Sequence record: PX880099.1
From: a phage
Length of the DNA stretch: 64,000 nucleotides
Strand: one strand, 5' to 3'
Shown here piece by piece: positions 17,869-26,741 of this stretch (positions within the stretch are counted from its first letter, which is position 1; the number at the start of each line of letters is the position of its first letter). The notes below the pieces were generated by a model, which was not told where the DNA came from, did no database searches, and saw only the letters and a list, made by a program, of their open reading frames with translations. Made by a program: the position numbers and the translations under genes.

Positions 17869-18058
17869 GAATTATCACCGCTGGTTAGAAAGCTATCTTA
17901 AGAAATGTGAACTTGGTGTTCCAGGTTATACTTACGACACGGACGAGATTCTTGATGAAATGGAAGTTTGGTTTAAAGAGCCTCGTGAACTATTGGCAAA
18001 TATTCTAATGGCTTGGGATGGTACGGCACAAAGCATCGGAGGAGGTAGAAATGAGTAA
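17855..18058 (+). CDS. hypothetical protein (67 aa)
   Basis: Overlapping coupled ORF. Confidence 0.45.
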   Translation: MNGVKNYHRWLESYLKKCELGVPGYTYDTDEILDEMEVWFKEPRELLANILMAWDGTAQSIGGGRNE

Positions 18059-18185
18059 GAAATTGTTTAATATTCGTGAGAACCGTGATGGATCGTTCTC
18101 TGTAGTCAATGAGTTTAACGTTTCGGTTGGGACTTTTATTACTAAACGTCAAGCAGAACAAGTAAGAGATACTTTAAACAAGTAA
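18051..18185 (+). CDS. hypothetical protein (44 aa)
   Basis: Strong SD GGAGGAGGTAGAAATG; below ORF-track cutoff. Confidence 0.4.
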   Translation: MSKKLFNIRENRDGSFSVVNEFNVSVGTFITKRQAEQVRDTLNK

Positions 18186-18202
18186 GTTTTTAAGGGGGAC
18201 TT

Positions 18203-18622
18203 ATGTTAGGTAACATCAAAGCTTTTTTCAAACGTATTGTTGAAGGAAGTCCAACAGAAGGTGCATTAGGAAGATCTCTAACAGGAGAACCCCTTGCCAT
18301 AATTTCTATCAGTCGGCATGGTGGATATTCCATTCGACAAACACCTTTAGGTATAGAAGGTAGTATGCTTTCTTGGACAATATCTCAAGTTGGTGATAAC
18401 AGACTTGCAGCTATAGCGTTACTTCGTGGGGAGTATGACTATTGTTTATCAGCATCTTGTAAAAAGCACCTCATAGAGCACATTAGAGACAGAGTAGAAA
18501 GAGAAGGCGGATACTTCTTCGAAACTAAGAGAAACGAACAAGGAACTCTTGACTTCACTAAGGTTTACTGGGACAATCATACTCGTCAAACTGTTGAACA
18601 ACTTCTGGAGGAAAGATGTTAA
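18203..18622 (+). CDS. hypothetical protein (139 aa)
   Basis: SD AAGGGGGACTTATG. Confidence 0.55.
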   Translation: MLGNIKAFFKRIVEGSPTEGALGRSLTGEPLAIISISRHGGYSIRQTPLGIEGSMLSWTISQVGDNRLAAIALLRGEYDYCLSASCKKHLIEHIRDRVEREGGYFFETKRNEQGTLDFTKVYWDNHTRQTVEQLLEERC

Positions 18623-18825
18623 AAGCTTTTGCTGTATACTCTACTGTAGGATTCTTTTATTGGATTATAGTTATTGTCGGATGTTGGTTAGGTTCTTGTG
18701 TTGTGATGGGAGAATGGTTAACATACAATGTATTCGAATGGGATGTAGTTTGTAGATCATTACTTGTTATATGGACTGCTATTGTTTGTTGGATAACTGT
18801 TAGTCTAACATTAGATCTATATTGA
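18616..18825 (+). CDS. small membrane protein (69 aa, 2 TM)
   Basis: Hydrophobic stretches FFYWIIVIVGCWLGSCVV and LLVIWTAIVCWITV. Confidence 0.5.
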   Translation: MLKAFAVYSTVGFFYWIIVIVGCWLGSCVVMGEWLTYNVFEWDVVCRSLLVIWTAIVCWITVSLTLDLY

Positions 18826-19118
18826 TTAATAGATGGTAGATAGATGATCATAGTTTATCTACCTTCACTTACGTTTCATACCTCACTATCGTGAGTAACA
18901 TGAAACATTATTATATAGAAATCTACTACTCGCTATCGCTCGTAAACATATGTTTAGGGTACCATACTTTTTTGAAAAAGTCAATGGTGACTCACCTATC
19001 AATTATCTGTTTAAGATAAGTCTTACCTATCAATCTAACTCTTAACTAGTATTGCACCTATAGTAAGACTATTCCTATAGTTATTAACCCTCTTCTTCTG
19101 TAGAATGTAATTAGATCC

Positions 19119-19147
19119 TTGACAAACTCACAAAACTTGTGTTACAT
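19119..19147 (+). promoter_or_regulatory. sigma70-like promoter (TTGACA-17-TTACAT)
   Basis: TTGACA 19119-19124; TTACAT 19142-19147; in AT-rich gap 18830-19185. Confidence 0.5.
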
Positions 19148-19185
19148 TGTGTCTCACAGGTGAATAATACCGAACAGGAGGAAGA

Positions 19186-19401
19186 ATGAGTTCCAATTTT
19201 CTATACAAAGCAAAAGATTCACGAGATGGAGAGAACCATTGGTGGTTGATCACAGAAGATGGTGTTATCATCCTACCGTGGGACGGAGAGACGAAAGTTC
19301 AAATATTAGAGAAAGTAAAAGGTGTTAGTTTTAATGTTAGTCATGACATAACAACTTTCAAAGCTTTTGCTGTGAATCCTAGTCTTGTTGCTGAATGGTA
19401 A
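19186..19401 (+). CDS. hypothetical protein (71 aa)
   Basis: SD CAGGAGGAAGAATG. Confidence 0.55.
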   Translation: MSSNFLYKAKDSRDGENHWWLITEDGVIILPWDGETKVQILEKVKGVSFNVSHDITTFKAFAVNPSLVAEW

Positions 19402-19414
19402 TCCAGGAGAAAAT

Positions 19415-19633
19415 ATGACTAAAATGTATGCAGCCGTTGATAAGCTGGATGGGTCTGATTCTGTTTTTATTTTGAATAAAATGGGTGTCTTAGTTTATGC
19501 CCGAACTTCTCAAAACATAGAACACCAAGTGGAAGCAGCACAAATTTTAGAGCAAATAACCCCTCCATACCTATACTCAAATGTTGAGCGTTTTAACGAT
19601 GCACTTGGTTTGACGTTAATAGCGGAATGGTAA
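19415..19633 (+). CDS. hypothetical protein (72 aa)
   Basis: ATG 19415 after SD CAGGAGAAAAT. Confidence 0.5.
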   Translation: MTKMYAAVDKLDGSDSVFILNKMGVLVYARTSQNIEHQVEAAQILEQITPPYLYSNVERFNDALGLTLIAEW

Positions 19634-19635
19634 TA

Positions 19636-19821
19636 ATGGCGAAAATGTTGGAAATTGATAATGTCGTAACAATCAACTTTACGTCCATACCTTGCCCCTA
19701 TTGTGGTGGTGCAGGATATGTTATGGCGGATGTAGGTCAAATTTACGAGTGTAACCCGTGCAAAACCACAGGCTATATCGAAATAGAATCAGAGGAGAAA
19801 CACTATGAGCCAAAACGCTAA
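19636..19821 (+). CDS. zinc-ribbon protein (61 aa)
   Basis: CPYCGG...CNPC. Confidence 0.5.
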   Translation: MAKMLEIDNVVTINFTSIPCPYCGGAGYVMADVGQIYECNPCKTTGYIEIESEEKHYEPKR

Positions 19822-20254
19822 AGAAAAAGAAGTAATCACGGTAATCCGTCAGATGGAAGGTGCCGAAAACAACGCTTTTGTTACTAAGATTCTTCTTAAT
19901 ATCTTTGAAGATATTATTTTAAACAATCCTGGTCATAAAGATTATCAGTATGATGTTATGATGGGTGCTTTGCTTGAGATTAACAAAAACACTTTTGCTG
20001 AATATGAGCAACACATGCTTTTACCAGAGGAAGATCAGGATTATTTGTTATCTGGTGCTTTAAGTGCACAAGAAAATTTCTACCACGTTCTTAATATGGC
20101 TTATGCAGATGAACTTGCTGTTTCCCTTGAAGAGCGTATTCAAATGGTTCGTGATGTGATGAATGAACAAATCCAAGAAGTTGAAGACTTGGTAGCAGAA
20201 CCTTTAGCAGAAATTCGTGCAGCTATTGAAAAACAAAAAGGAACTCAATCATGA
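19805..20254 (+). CDS. hypothetical protein (149 aa)
   Basis: SD GAGGAGAAACACTATG. Confidence 0.55.
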   Translation: MSQNAKEKEVITVIRQMEGAENNAFVTKILLNIFEDIILNNPGHKDYQYDVMMGALLEINKNTFAEYEQHMLLPEEDQDYLLSGALSAQENFYHVLNMAYADELAVSLEERIQMVRDVMNEQIQEVEDLVAEPLAEIRAAIEKQKGTQS

Positions 20255-20418
20255 TGCAAGTAGGTGATGTGGTTTGCCTTAAAGGTGCAAACAAACAAAT
20301 GACAGTAATAGAAAGTTATGGTGAATCTTGTAAAGTAACTTGGTTCGATGAAAACGGGGAATTGCAACACGCCATATTCGATCAAAAAGCTTTGAGGAAG
20401 GTTGAAGAAAAAGAATGA
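20251..20418 (+). CDS. hypothetical protein (55 aa)
   Basis: ATGA overlap at both ends; fills coding gap; below ORF-track cutoff. Confidence 0.45.
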   Translation: MMQVGDVVCLKGANKQMTVIESYGESCKVTWFDENGELQHAIFDQKALRKVEEKE

Positions 20419-20678
20419 GCCATCCGTCAATATTTTTCTGTTTTGTAGATCTTGAAAACGAGTCTTTAATCGTTGATAGTGAGGGTTACTTCACTTATTG
20501 GGAATCCGAGCACGAAACTATAAGTGTAGTGAAAGAAATTATGCAAACCAATCCAAGCCTACCAGCGCATAAGTACGGTATTGCAAAAGTGTTTGTTACT
20601 AAAACAGAGTACACAAAAGAGCGAAGCACTTTGTACCATAATATTGAAGTGATTCACTATTTCAAAGATGTTATTTAG
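20415..20678 (+). CDS. hypothetical protein (87 aa)
   Basis: ATGA-coupled. Confidence 0.5.
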   Translation: MSHPSIFFCFVDLENESLIVDSEGYFTYWESEHETISVVKEIMQTNPSLPAHKYGIAKVFVTKTEYTKERSTLYHNIEVIHYFKDVI

Positions 20679-20686
20679 GAGGTTAT

Positions 20687-21295
20687 ATGGAAGAGAAGAT
20701 TTGGGATGGTAAAGATCCTTTAGAAGTTGGACACGTAGCGCGTGTCAAAAAATCTACTACGGGTCCTGGTTTTTCTGGTTTGTATCATATACCAGAAGAA
20801 GGTCAGCACGTTACAATTTTGGCTCGTGACAAACAAAACGGAGCAACGCCTGTGTGGATTGTTCGTTGGTATGACAAAGATCTTAACATTTGCTTGTCAC
20901 CTATTATGGCTCATTTGCTGGAAGCCCCTTGCTCTGAAGAAGCTCTCATTTTTGTTTCTGCTTTTCAGAAAGCCACAGGTTTAACATTAGATGCAAAAGA
21001 TGTGCAAAAAGCACTTGACATTATTGAGGAAGACAACGATACTACATCTAACGACGAACTGGTTGAAGTTACAATATTATCTTCAGCAGATATCCGAGAG
21101 ATTGAGAATTGTGATTTTCCAATCACATTTAAAATGTCGCAGAAAGACGTGCAGTCATCTGGAAGTTGTTTTGGCATACCTCGTTGGTTTTTTGATTCTA
21201 TCAAAAATTCTACTACAGAGGGATCAGACTATGATCAAGATGACATGCTTTGGTTCTTAAAAAACCGAGAGATTGTTCTCTCACCACTTAAGTAA
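20687..21295 (+). CDS. hypothetical protein (202 aa)
   Basis: SD AGGAGGTTATATG. Confidence 0.55.
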   Translation: MEEKIWDGKDPLEVGHVARVKKSTTGPGFSGLYHIPEEGQHVTILARDKQNGATPVWIVRWYDKDLNICLSPIMAHLLEAPCSEEALIFVSAFQKATGLTLDAKDVQKALDIIEEDNDTTSNDELVEVTILSSADIREIENCDFPITFKMSQKDVQSSGSCFGIPRWFFDSIKNSTTEGSDYDQDDMLWFLKNREIVLSPLK

Positions 21296-21304
21296 GGAGA
21301 AATA

Positions 21305-21406
21305 ATGGTTTCATTTATCGTAGGTGTAGTTGTAGGCTATCTTATTAACAAATATCAAGACGTTATCACGGCAAAAGTAAAAGACATTTTAGACTCATCT
21401 AAATAA
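21305..21406 (+). CDS. small membrane peptide (33 aa)
   Basis: SD AAGGAGAAATAATG; MVSFIVGVVVGYLI hydrophobic. Confidence 0.3.
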   Translation: MVSFIVGVVVGYLINKYQDVITAKVKDILDSSK

Positions 21407-21458
21407 TCTATCAAAGCTGCATCTTCAATAGGTGCAGCCTTTTAAAAGGAGATATGGC

Positions 21459-21632
21459 ATGACTAAACGCACTGATTTTAAATGTATGCATTGTGGGAAA
21501 TCTTTTGGGGATCATCAAGCTCGCACATTCAACTGTCCACGTAAAGGTCGCGGAAATTTTAAAGGTTTTAATCCCGCACATGTTTATTCTCCAGATTACG
21601 ATAAGCCAGAAGAAGAAAAATTTGTTATTTAA
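21459..21632 (+). CDS. zinc-binding protein (57 aa)
   Basis: ATG 21459 after SD AAAAGGAGA; CMHCGK...NCPRKG. Confidence 0.5.
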   Translation: MTKRTDFKCMHCGKSFGDHQARTFNCPRKGRGNFKGFNPAHVYSPDYDKPEEEKFVI

Positions 21633-21644
21633 TAAGGAGGTCAT

Positions 21645-21926
21645 ATGGAACTCGTTCAAGAATTGTATAATGCTTTAGGAGCAAAAGGAAAAGATTGGCC
21701 CGAACATGCGCTTATTGCTATAAGAGACTCCGATGGTGAGATTAAGTTTTCAAGCGTAAGTAAAGAGCACATCGTAGAAACAAAACTGGGTATTTACATG
21801 CGTGGAACTTATTGCTTATTCAACACCAGAATGGTAGAAGCCCCTGTTATCGAGGATGGAACAAAAGGTTGCCCCACAATCGTAACAAAATCTGAATATG
21901 AGAAGTTTTTCTACGCTAAGGCTTGA
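21645..21926 (+). CDS. hypothetical protein (93 aa)
   Basis: SD AAGGAGGTCATATG. Confidence 0.55.
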   Translation: MELVQELYNALGAKGKDWPEHALIAIRDSDGEIKFSSVSKEHIVETKLGIYMRGTYCLFNTRMVEAPVIEDGTKGCPTIVTKSEYEKFFYAKA

Positions 21927-21951
21927 CACAGAAACAATACTATAGGATAGT
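21923..21951 (+). promoter_or_regulatory. sigma70-like promoter (TTGACA-17-GATAGT) just upstream of a terminator hairpin
   Basis: TTGACA 21923-21928; GTAGCAATAG repeated at 21961 and 21999. Confidence 0.4.
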
Positions 21952-21970
21952 GATCCTATCGTAGCAATAG

Positions 21971-21992
21971 AACCCGCTTCGGCGGGTTTTTT
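21971..21992 (+). terminator. rho-independent terminator AACCCGCTTCGGCGGGTT + TTTTT
   Basis: UUCG tetraloop hairpin followed by T6. Confidence 0.7.
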
Positions 21993-22017
21993 CATATCTG
22001 TAGCAATAGGAGGTCGT

Positions 22018-22248
22018 GTGTTAAATAAAATCGAAGAAGGTTGTATGGCATTTTTGGTAGATAACCCGTTTCCCTTTATGGTTAAGGTCCATGTAGGAGA
22101 GTATTTAGGTTATGACGAATGGGATTGTAGTATCAATAGTGAAATGCACCACTACCAACCAACAATACTTAAGACGGATCAAATGGCGCGTATTACAGTA
22201 GAGGATGAATTGATCATTGAGTTATACGAGAGAGCACTACACAAGTAA
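22018..22248 (+). CDS. hypothetical protein (76 aa, GTG start)
   Basis: SD AGGAGG then GTG 22018. Confidence 0.45.
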   Translation: MLNKIEEGCMAFLVDNPFPFMVKVHVGEYLGYDEWDCSINSEMHHYQPTILKTDQMARITVEDELIIELYERALHK

Positions 22249-22293
22249 GCTAGAACCCACCTAAATCGAACAGAGACGCTCTAAAATAGAAAA

Positions 22294-22319
22294 GGCACCC
22301 ACTTGGGTGCCTTTGTTTT
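22294..22319 (+). terminator. terminator GGCACCCACTTGGGTGCC + TTTGTTTTA at the rightward/leftward block boundary
   Basis: 7-bp stem, T-rich tail; convergent transcription point. Confidence 0.7.
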
Positions 22320-22590
22320 ATTCTTCGTTAGATTGCGTCTCAGACGCGTTAAATTCGGTTTCAGTACAACTTGCTAGGTAACTTATATTTTGCATCACTA
22401 CGACTACAGGTGTTTGAAGTTTATCTTCTAGCCCCGCAGCCACTTGAGCCAAGGCATTATCAATATTTGATTTCCTAACGCCTGTTCCATGTCCTGTTGC
22501 CAAGTAAAGATTACCTTCCCCTTTTTGTGTAGCATTAGCAAAGTAGTAAACGTAATGTGCAAGGTAGTAATCACGGATTTCTTCAGTCAT
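22318..22590 (-). CDS. hypothetical protein (90 aa)
   Basis: ORF with SD AGGAG (reverse strand). Confidence 0.5.
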   Translation of the reverse strand: MTEEIRDYYLAHYVYYFANATQKGEGNLYLATGHGTGVRKSNIDNALAQVAAGLEDKLQTPVVVVMQNISYLASCTETEFNASETQSNEE

Positions 22591-22609
22591 TTTATTCTCC
22601 TAATAAGAA

Positions 22610-22625
22610 AGGGGCCGAAGCCCCT
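22610..22625 (-). other. conserved hairpin AGGGGCCGAAGCCCCT (copy 1 of 3)
   Basis: Identical 16-mer at 34715 and 40883; gives a UUCG-loop hairpin in leftward RNA. Confidence 0.6.
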
Positions 22626-22633
22626 TGAGTGGT

Positions 22634-23449
22634 TTATTTGTTTAAGTGGTCTTCGACCATTTTAATGAAACCTTCATTGCTGAAGGCTGTTGCAGCTTTT
22701 TCTCGGTAAACAAAAACTCCACGATCTTCATAGAGAAGTGTTTCTTCGTAATTAACTCCAGGGTTAACTACAACCATTTTTGTACCCATACTAAGCGCAG
22801 GGAATAATTCCCAATTAAAATTGATAACTTGGTTTGAACATCCTACTACTACAACCAAATCTTGCATGGTCAAAGTATCGAACAAGTGAGCCATATCTGC
22901 ATACAAAGGTGCAGCCTCACCAAAAAATACAACATTAGGCTTCACCCAGTTATAATCATCTATGTTTATACTATTGTAACCAATATCTACCAGTGTTTTG
23001 TAATCTCCAGGATGCATACGGTAAACTACTTCAGGAAGATATCCGTGCACGTGAATAACAGAATCTCTGTCTACACCTGCTCGCTCTAATAGATCATCAA
23101 CGTTTGTCGTCAAGTTTACTACTTGGTTAGGATATTCCTTAAACCACTTTGCTATTTGAATATGTGCAGCATTAGGTTGTACATCTTTAAGCTCAACACG
23201 TCTTTTGTTATAAAATTCGTGTGTTTTGGCATACAAATCCATACCGTTCTCGTCTACACCACCGACCACTGGAAGATCTGGAGATGTTCTAACACGATAA
23301 CCTGCTTGGAAAGCTCCAATATCGCAGACCTCTTCTAAATCATATTCTTCCCATAAGGCACGACCACTATCGGTGTCTGTTCGGAATGTTCTAATCCCAC
23401 TATCTGCACTTAAACCTGCACCGCTTACAAAAATCACTCGTCTTGGCAT
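22634..23449 (-). CDS. Sir2-family (sirtuin-like) protein
   Basis: VIFVSGAGLSADSGIRTFR (GAG..SGI.TFR), TTNVDDLLERAG (TQN.D.LHERAG-like), VIHVHG; no internal Zn-ribbon cysteines seen. Confidence 0.65.
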   Translation of the reverse strand: MPRRVIFVSGAGLSADSGIRTFRTDTDSGRALWEEYDLEEVCDIGAFQAGYRVRTSPDLPVVGGVDENGMDLYAKTHEFYNKRRVELKDVQPNAAHIQIAKWFKEYPNQVVNLTTNVDDLLERAGVDRDSVIHVHGYLPEVVYRMHPGDYKTLVDIGYNSINIDDYNWVKPNVVFFGEAAPLYADMAHLFDTLTMQDLVVVVGCSNQVINFNWELFPALSMGTKMVVVNPGVNYEETLLYEDRGVFVYREKAATAFSNEGFIKMVEDHLNK

Positions 23450-23925
23450 TCTTCCTCCTCATAATCATCATAATCTTCGTCATCCAAATCGTACACTTCG
23501 TCTTGAGAATAACTCACTTCAAAGTAAATATCAAACTCCGCAAACAAACGTAGAATGTTGGACATGCTATAATAATTATCGTAGGCAGATTCAGCTTCAT
23601 AGTAAACATAAAGCAAATGGTTAGCCTTATCATCTTCCAAATATTTCCCGTCTGCATACGCATAGTCTGCATATGCTTTACCTGCATCTTCCACAAGAGA
23701 ACGATCAAGCAGAGTAGGAAATGGTTTCTCTTTTTCTTTTAGTTTGCTCACCAACCAGTGTGCAATATCATGCCAATCTGCATCCTCTCCGCTGAAGCAG
23801 CTTGCGATTTCGCCAAACTTGGCATCTCCTAAGTCTCCGCTAATAGTGATCATGGTTGAACTATTGTAACCACAAGTTTCGCAATTTGAACAACTGTTGT
23901 GCACATGAATTTCTACTTGAAACAT
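23434..23925 (-). CDS. hypothetical protein with N-terminal Cys cluster and acidic C-terminal tail
   Basis: HNSCSNCETCGY near N-terminus; C-terminus DLDDEDYDDYEEEECQDE; stop overlaps Sir2-like start. Confidence 0.5.
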   Translation of the reverse strand: MFQVEIHVHNSCSNCETCGYNSSTMITISGDLGDAKFGEIASCFSGEDADWHDIAHWLVSKLKEKEKPFPTLLDRSLVEDAGKAYADYAYADGKYLEDDKANHLLYVYYEAESAYDNYYSMSNILRLFAEFDIYFEVSYSQDEVYDLDDEDYDDYEEEECQDE

Positions 23926-23936
23926 ATTCCCTCCTA

Positions 23937-23965
23937 TAAAAGAAAAGCCCCCTGAAACAGGAGGC
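23937..23965 (-). terminator. hairpin + U-tract on leftward strand
   Basis: Stem GCCCCCTG/CAGGAGGC (1 mismatch), followed on reverse strand by TTTTCTTTTA. Confidence 0.45.
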
Positions 23966-23983
23966 TTTGTTCAGATATCGGCA

Positions 23984-24637
23984 CTATACCAGACTTTCAA
24001 GGTATTTGTCAAGGGCTTCTTGATCACCTTGACAAACATAGCAACGGAAGTCTTGAGCCGAAGGTTGTTTATTTTCATCCCAGTCCCAATAAACATTACC
24101 CTTATAACGTGAACCAGGAAACTCAAAAGAGGCTGTATGTGTAATGTATCCTGGGCCACCAGTGAAATCACAGAATGAGAATTGGGGGTATGCCGCCTTT
24201 ACTGCCTCAATAAACCAAGCTTTACGATCTAAAGCTTCATTGATGCTATACGCATGTCTCTCCATTTCTTCCCACGTTTTCCAGACACTTCTTTCATCAG
24301 GAGAAAAGACAAGCCATTCTGGAAGGTAGAGAGTGTCATAGTAATCATCATATTCGATCTCGGAGGCGCACGAGGCTGACTCCTCCAGTCTTGAGTAATC
24401 AAAAGCAGAATATACCCACCAACCATCTTCCAGTAAGGCTTTGATAGGGACGAAGCCTTTATCAGCATATTGATCGAATTGTTTGACACGGTGGCTTGTG
24501 CAGTCTTCAAACTCACATTCTAAACGATATGACCCTTTTCGACGAGCCTCAAGACCGTGTGTACTGAAAATAACAACACTTCCTTCACCATCATTACGAT
24601 CTACTTGATAAGCAACTACTGGTTTTGAATTTGACAT
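23984..24637 (-). CDS. hypothetical protein (217 aa)
   Basis: ORF, last gene of leftward operon 23984-26651. Confidence 0.55.
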   Translation of the reverse strand: MSNSKPVVAYQVDRNDGEGSVVIFSTHGLEARRKGSYRLECEFEDCTSHRVKQFDQYADKGFVPIKALLEDGWWVYSAFDYSRLEESASCASEIEYDDYYDTLYLPEWLVFSPDERSVWKTWEEMERHAYSINEALDRKAWFIEAVKAAYPQFSFCDFTGGPGYITHTASFEFPGSRYKGNVYWDWDENKQPSAQDFRCYVCQGDQEALDKYLESLV

Positions 24638-25320
24638 TATTTCTCCTTATCTAGAAGATTATTAGACAAAAACACTGCACGGGCAAAACCACGTGCTGTT
24701 AGTGATCTAAGTTGTTTTGTTTTTGCACTAGCTCCACCTAAGCTTTTCCAACCCCAGAAGCAGCCTATATGATCTACTGGTTTCTTCACTGGTTGAACAA
24801 AACCATTGCCGTGCCAAATACAAGTTTTCTTTGTATACCCATCACGGGTAGGCATTTTAGGATGAAAGCTTCCTTCCTCTTCAAACAAATACCCACCATA
24901 CTCATAAGGATCAAAGTAAAAATCGGGTTTACGCCATAAGGTTGAAAGTTTACCTACTGGGTTCTCAATCATCCAAGGAACATTATATTTGTTACCCAAA
25001 GCTTCCACTACACGAATATTAGCTAAAGCTTCATCTAATTCCTCTGTGCTACGTTCGTGTTTGCTACCACTACCTGCTAACATAGTGCAAGGTGGAAATC
25101 CAAAAATAATATCGGGTTTAGGTATCCCATAATCTTCAGGGTTGAATGTAGAATCTATCCAGGCATTCACATAGGTTATGTTTGGGTGCTCCATCCTAAC
25201 CTCGTATTTACCGTGATCCCCTTCATCAGCGTTTACACAAAAACACTTGTGACCTGCTTCGGCATAACGTAACACCATGATCCCAGATCCGTCAAACATA
25301 GACAAAACTGTTTTACTCAT
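24637..25320 (-). CDS. C5-cytosine methyltransferase-like protein (short, about 228 aa)
   Basis: Motif I-like LSMFDGSG, motif IV-like FGFPPC, motif VI-like ENPVG; start moved to ATG 25320 (SD GGAGG). Confidence 0.45.
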   Translation of the reverse strand: MSKTVLSMFDGSGIMVLRYAEAGHKCFCVNADEGDHGKYEVRMEHPNITYVNAWIDSTFNPEDYGIPKPDIIFGFPPCTMLAGSGSKHERSTEELDEALANIRVVEALGNKYNVPWMIENPVGKLSTLWRKPDFYFDPYEYGGYLFEEEGSFHPKMPTRDGYTKKTCIWHGNGFVQPVKKPVDHIGCFWGWKSLGGASAKTKQLRSLTARGFARAVFLSNNLLDKEK

Positions 25321-25708
25321 TACCCCTCCATTCAAGACAAGCCATAACTTTACGCCAATCACTTTCTGTAAGAAAAATCTCGTTTGCTTTCTTCCACAAA
25401 TCTAAATCGTGAAGGGTTGGAATACGATATGTTAGTTCACAGAATCTATGCTCTTCTTCTGTAATATAACCAAAATGCAGAGCCACATCGTGAAACCAAC
25501 ACCAACCATGCATCTCTCGAACAACATGGTCATGTTGAGACATTGTTTTATGCCGTAAACCTAACCAACAAGGAACGGATACTTTAGTAGTCTTTAATCT
25601 GTGATCAACAGTATTAGAGTATTCAATAATAGCTGTCAGTTTCAATCGTGCTTTTTCTAAATCCTCATGCGTCACTTTGAAATAACTTTCTGAAAGATAT
25701 CCACACAT
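25313..25708 (-). CDS. hypothetical protein (131 aa)
   Basis: ATG 25708 with SD AAGGAGG 8 nt upstream; track start is TTG 25726. Confidence 0.5.
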   Translation of the reverse strand: MCGYLSESYFKVTHEDLEKARLKLTAIIEYSNTVDHRLKTTKVSVPCWLGLRHKTMSQHDHVVREMHGWCWFHDVALHFGYITEEEHRFCELTYRIPTLHDLDLWKKANEIFLTESDWRKVMACLEWRGNE

Positions 25709-25709
25709 A

Positions 25710-26651
25710 TTAATAACCTCCTTCAAAAGGCTTTACTACATGTTGATTAGCTTTAAAACGTTCAACATAGTCGTTTTCACCCATGTTTTCATATAGTTTA
25801 GTAACAACATAAAAGTTTTCCCAAGCATATTCCCTAAACCAACCACTAGTGATGGATGTGCAGACTTTAGATAAAGCCATTATAAAACTTTGCTTAGGGG
25901 TTGGACCTCCGATCTCTTCACCGAAAGGAATTTGTGAACGTTCCAAAGCCAAAACACACGCTTCTTCATAAACACCTAACAGGCGCACATGTTTTGGTTG
26001 AGCAAAAAACTTTTCTTTGCTGGTCATAACTTCACTTCCATCTTTCATATAAGATTTATATGCTGGAGCATCCATTACCGCGATTGCTTCATGGATAGAA
26101 TCATGATCATAAACATACGGAACCTCATCACCTTTAAAGAAGTCTTTACTTTTTACGTTTAAGTTTGGATGAGAGTAAGTGTATGTTTCTTTCTCACGCA
26201 ACTCATAAATACTCTTAAGATTTTCTGGGATCTTTGCGCCCAGTGATCGCATGAAATGAATATCTTTCATAGTTTTAAAGAAGTGAGGACTATCCTTTTT
26301 AAAACGATGACTCATTTTAAGAAGGTAGAGCACATCTAAAGGAGCAACAACGTGTCCAGCGTAAGTTCGACGAATATCATCAGAGTCTTCACAATAACTA
26401 ATCAAAGCTTCTGTGCTATCTCCTTGAGAAGCAATATCGTATTCCAAATGTGCACCAGCTATCATTTTGACATGGCCTTTGTTCCCTTTACGTTCTACAA
26501 GTTCAACAAACTCATCTTGAGAGAACATTTTTGATAATTCTTCCCACTCTTGTTCTGTACACAGGTAATCTAGATCTACACAAGGGCGATACAAGTCTTT
26601 TCCCATGTCCATAGCATGAATTTGTAATGCACGGCTACCAATTAACACCAT
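25710..26651 (-). CDS. hypothetical protein, possible nucleotidyltransferase-like N-terminus
   Basis: LIGSRAL...VDLD resembles GS...DxD; weak. Confidence 0.5.
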   Translation of the reverse strand: MVLIGSRALQIHAMDMGKDLYRPCVDLDYLCTEQEWEELSKMFSQDEFVELVERKGNKGHVKMIAGAHLEYDIASQGDSTEALISYCEDSDDIRRTYAGHVVAPLDVLYLLKMSHRFKKDSPHFFKTMKDIHFMRSLGAKIPENLKSIYELREKETYTYSHPNLNVKSKDFFKGDEVPYVYDHDSIHEAIAVMDAPAYKSYMKDGSEVMTSKEKFFAQPKHVRLLGVYEEACVLALERSQIPFGEEIGGPTPKQSFIMALSKVCTSITSGWFREYAWENFYVVTKLYENMGENDYVERFKANQHVVKPFEGGY

Positions 26652-26681
26652 AATATTTCTCCTCTATTGGTTGATAGGTTA

Positions 26682-26710
26682 AGTTTATCAAGCTTCCAGA
26701 TTCCTGTCAA
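26682..26710 (-). promoter_or_regulatory. leftward sigma70-like promoter (TTGACA-17-TAAACT)
   Basis: Reverse complement of 26705-26710 is TTGACA; of 26682-26687 is TAAACT. Confidence 0.5.
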
Positions 26711-26715
26711 TAAAA

Positions 26716-26733
26716 AACCCGCCGAAGCGGGTT
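26716..26733 (-). terminator. leftward terminator AACCCGC-UUCG-GCGGGUU + U5
   Basis: Hairpin with T-run on reverse strand (plus-strand AAAAA 26712-26716). Confidence 0.65.
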
Positions 26734-26741
26734 ATTATTTA

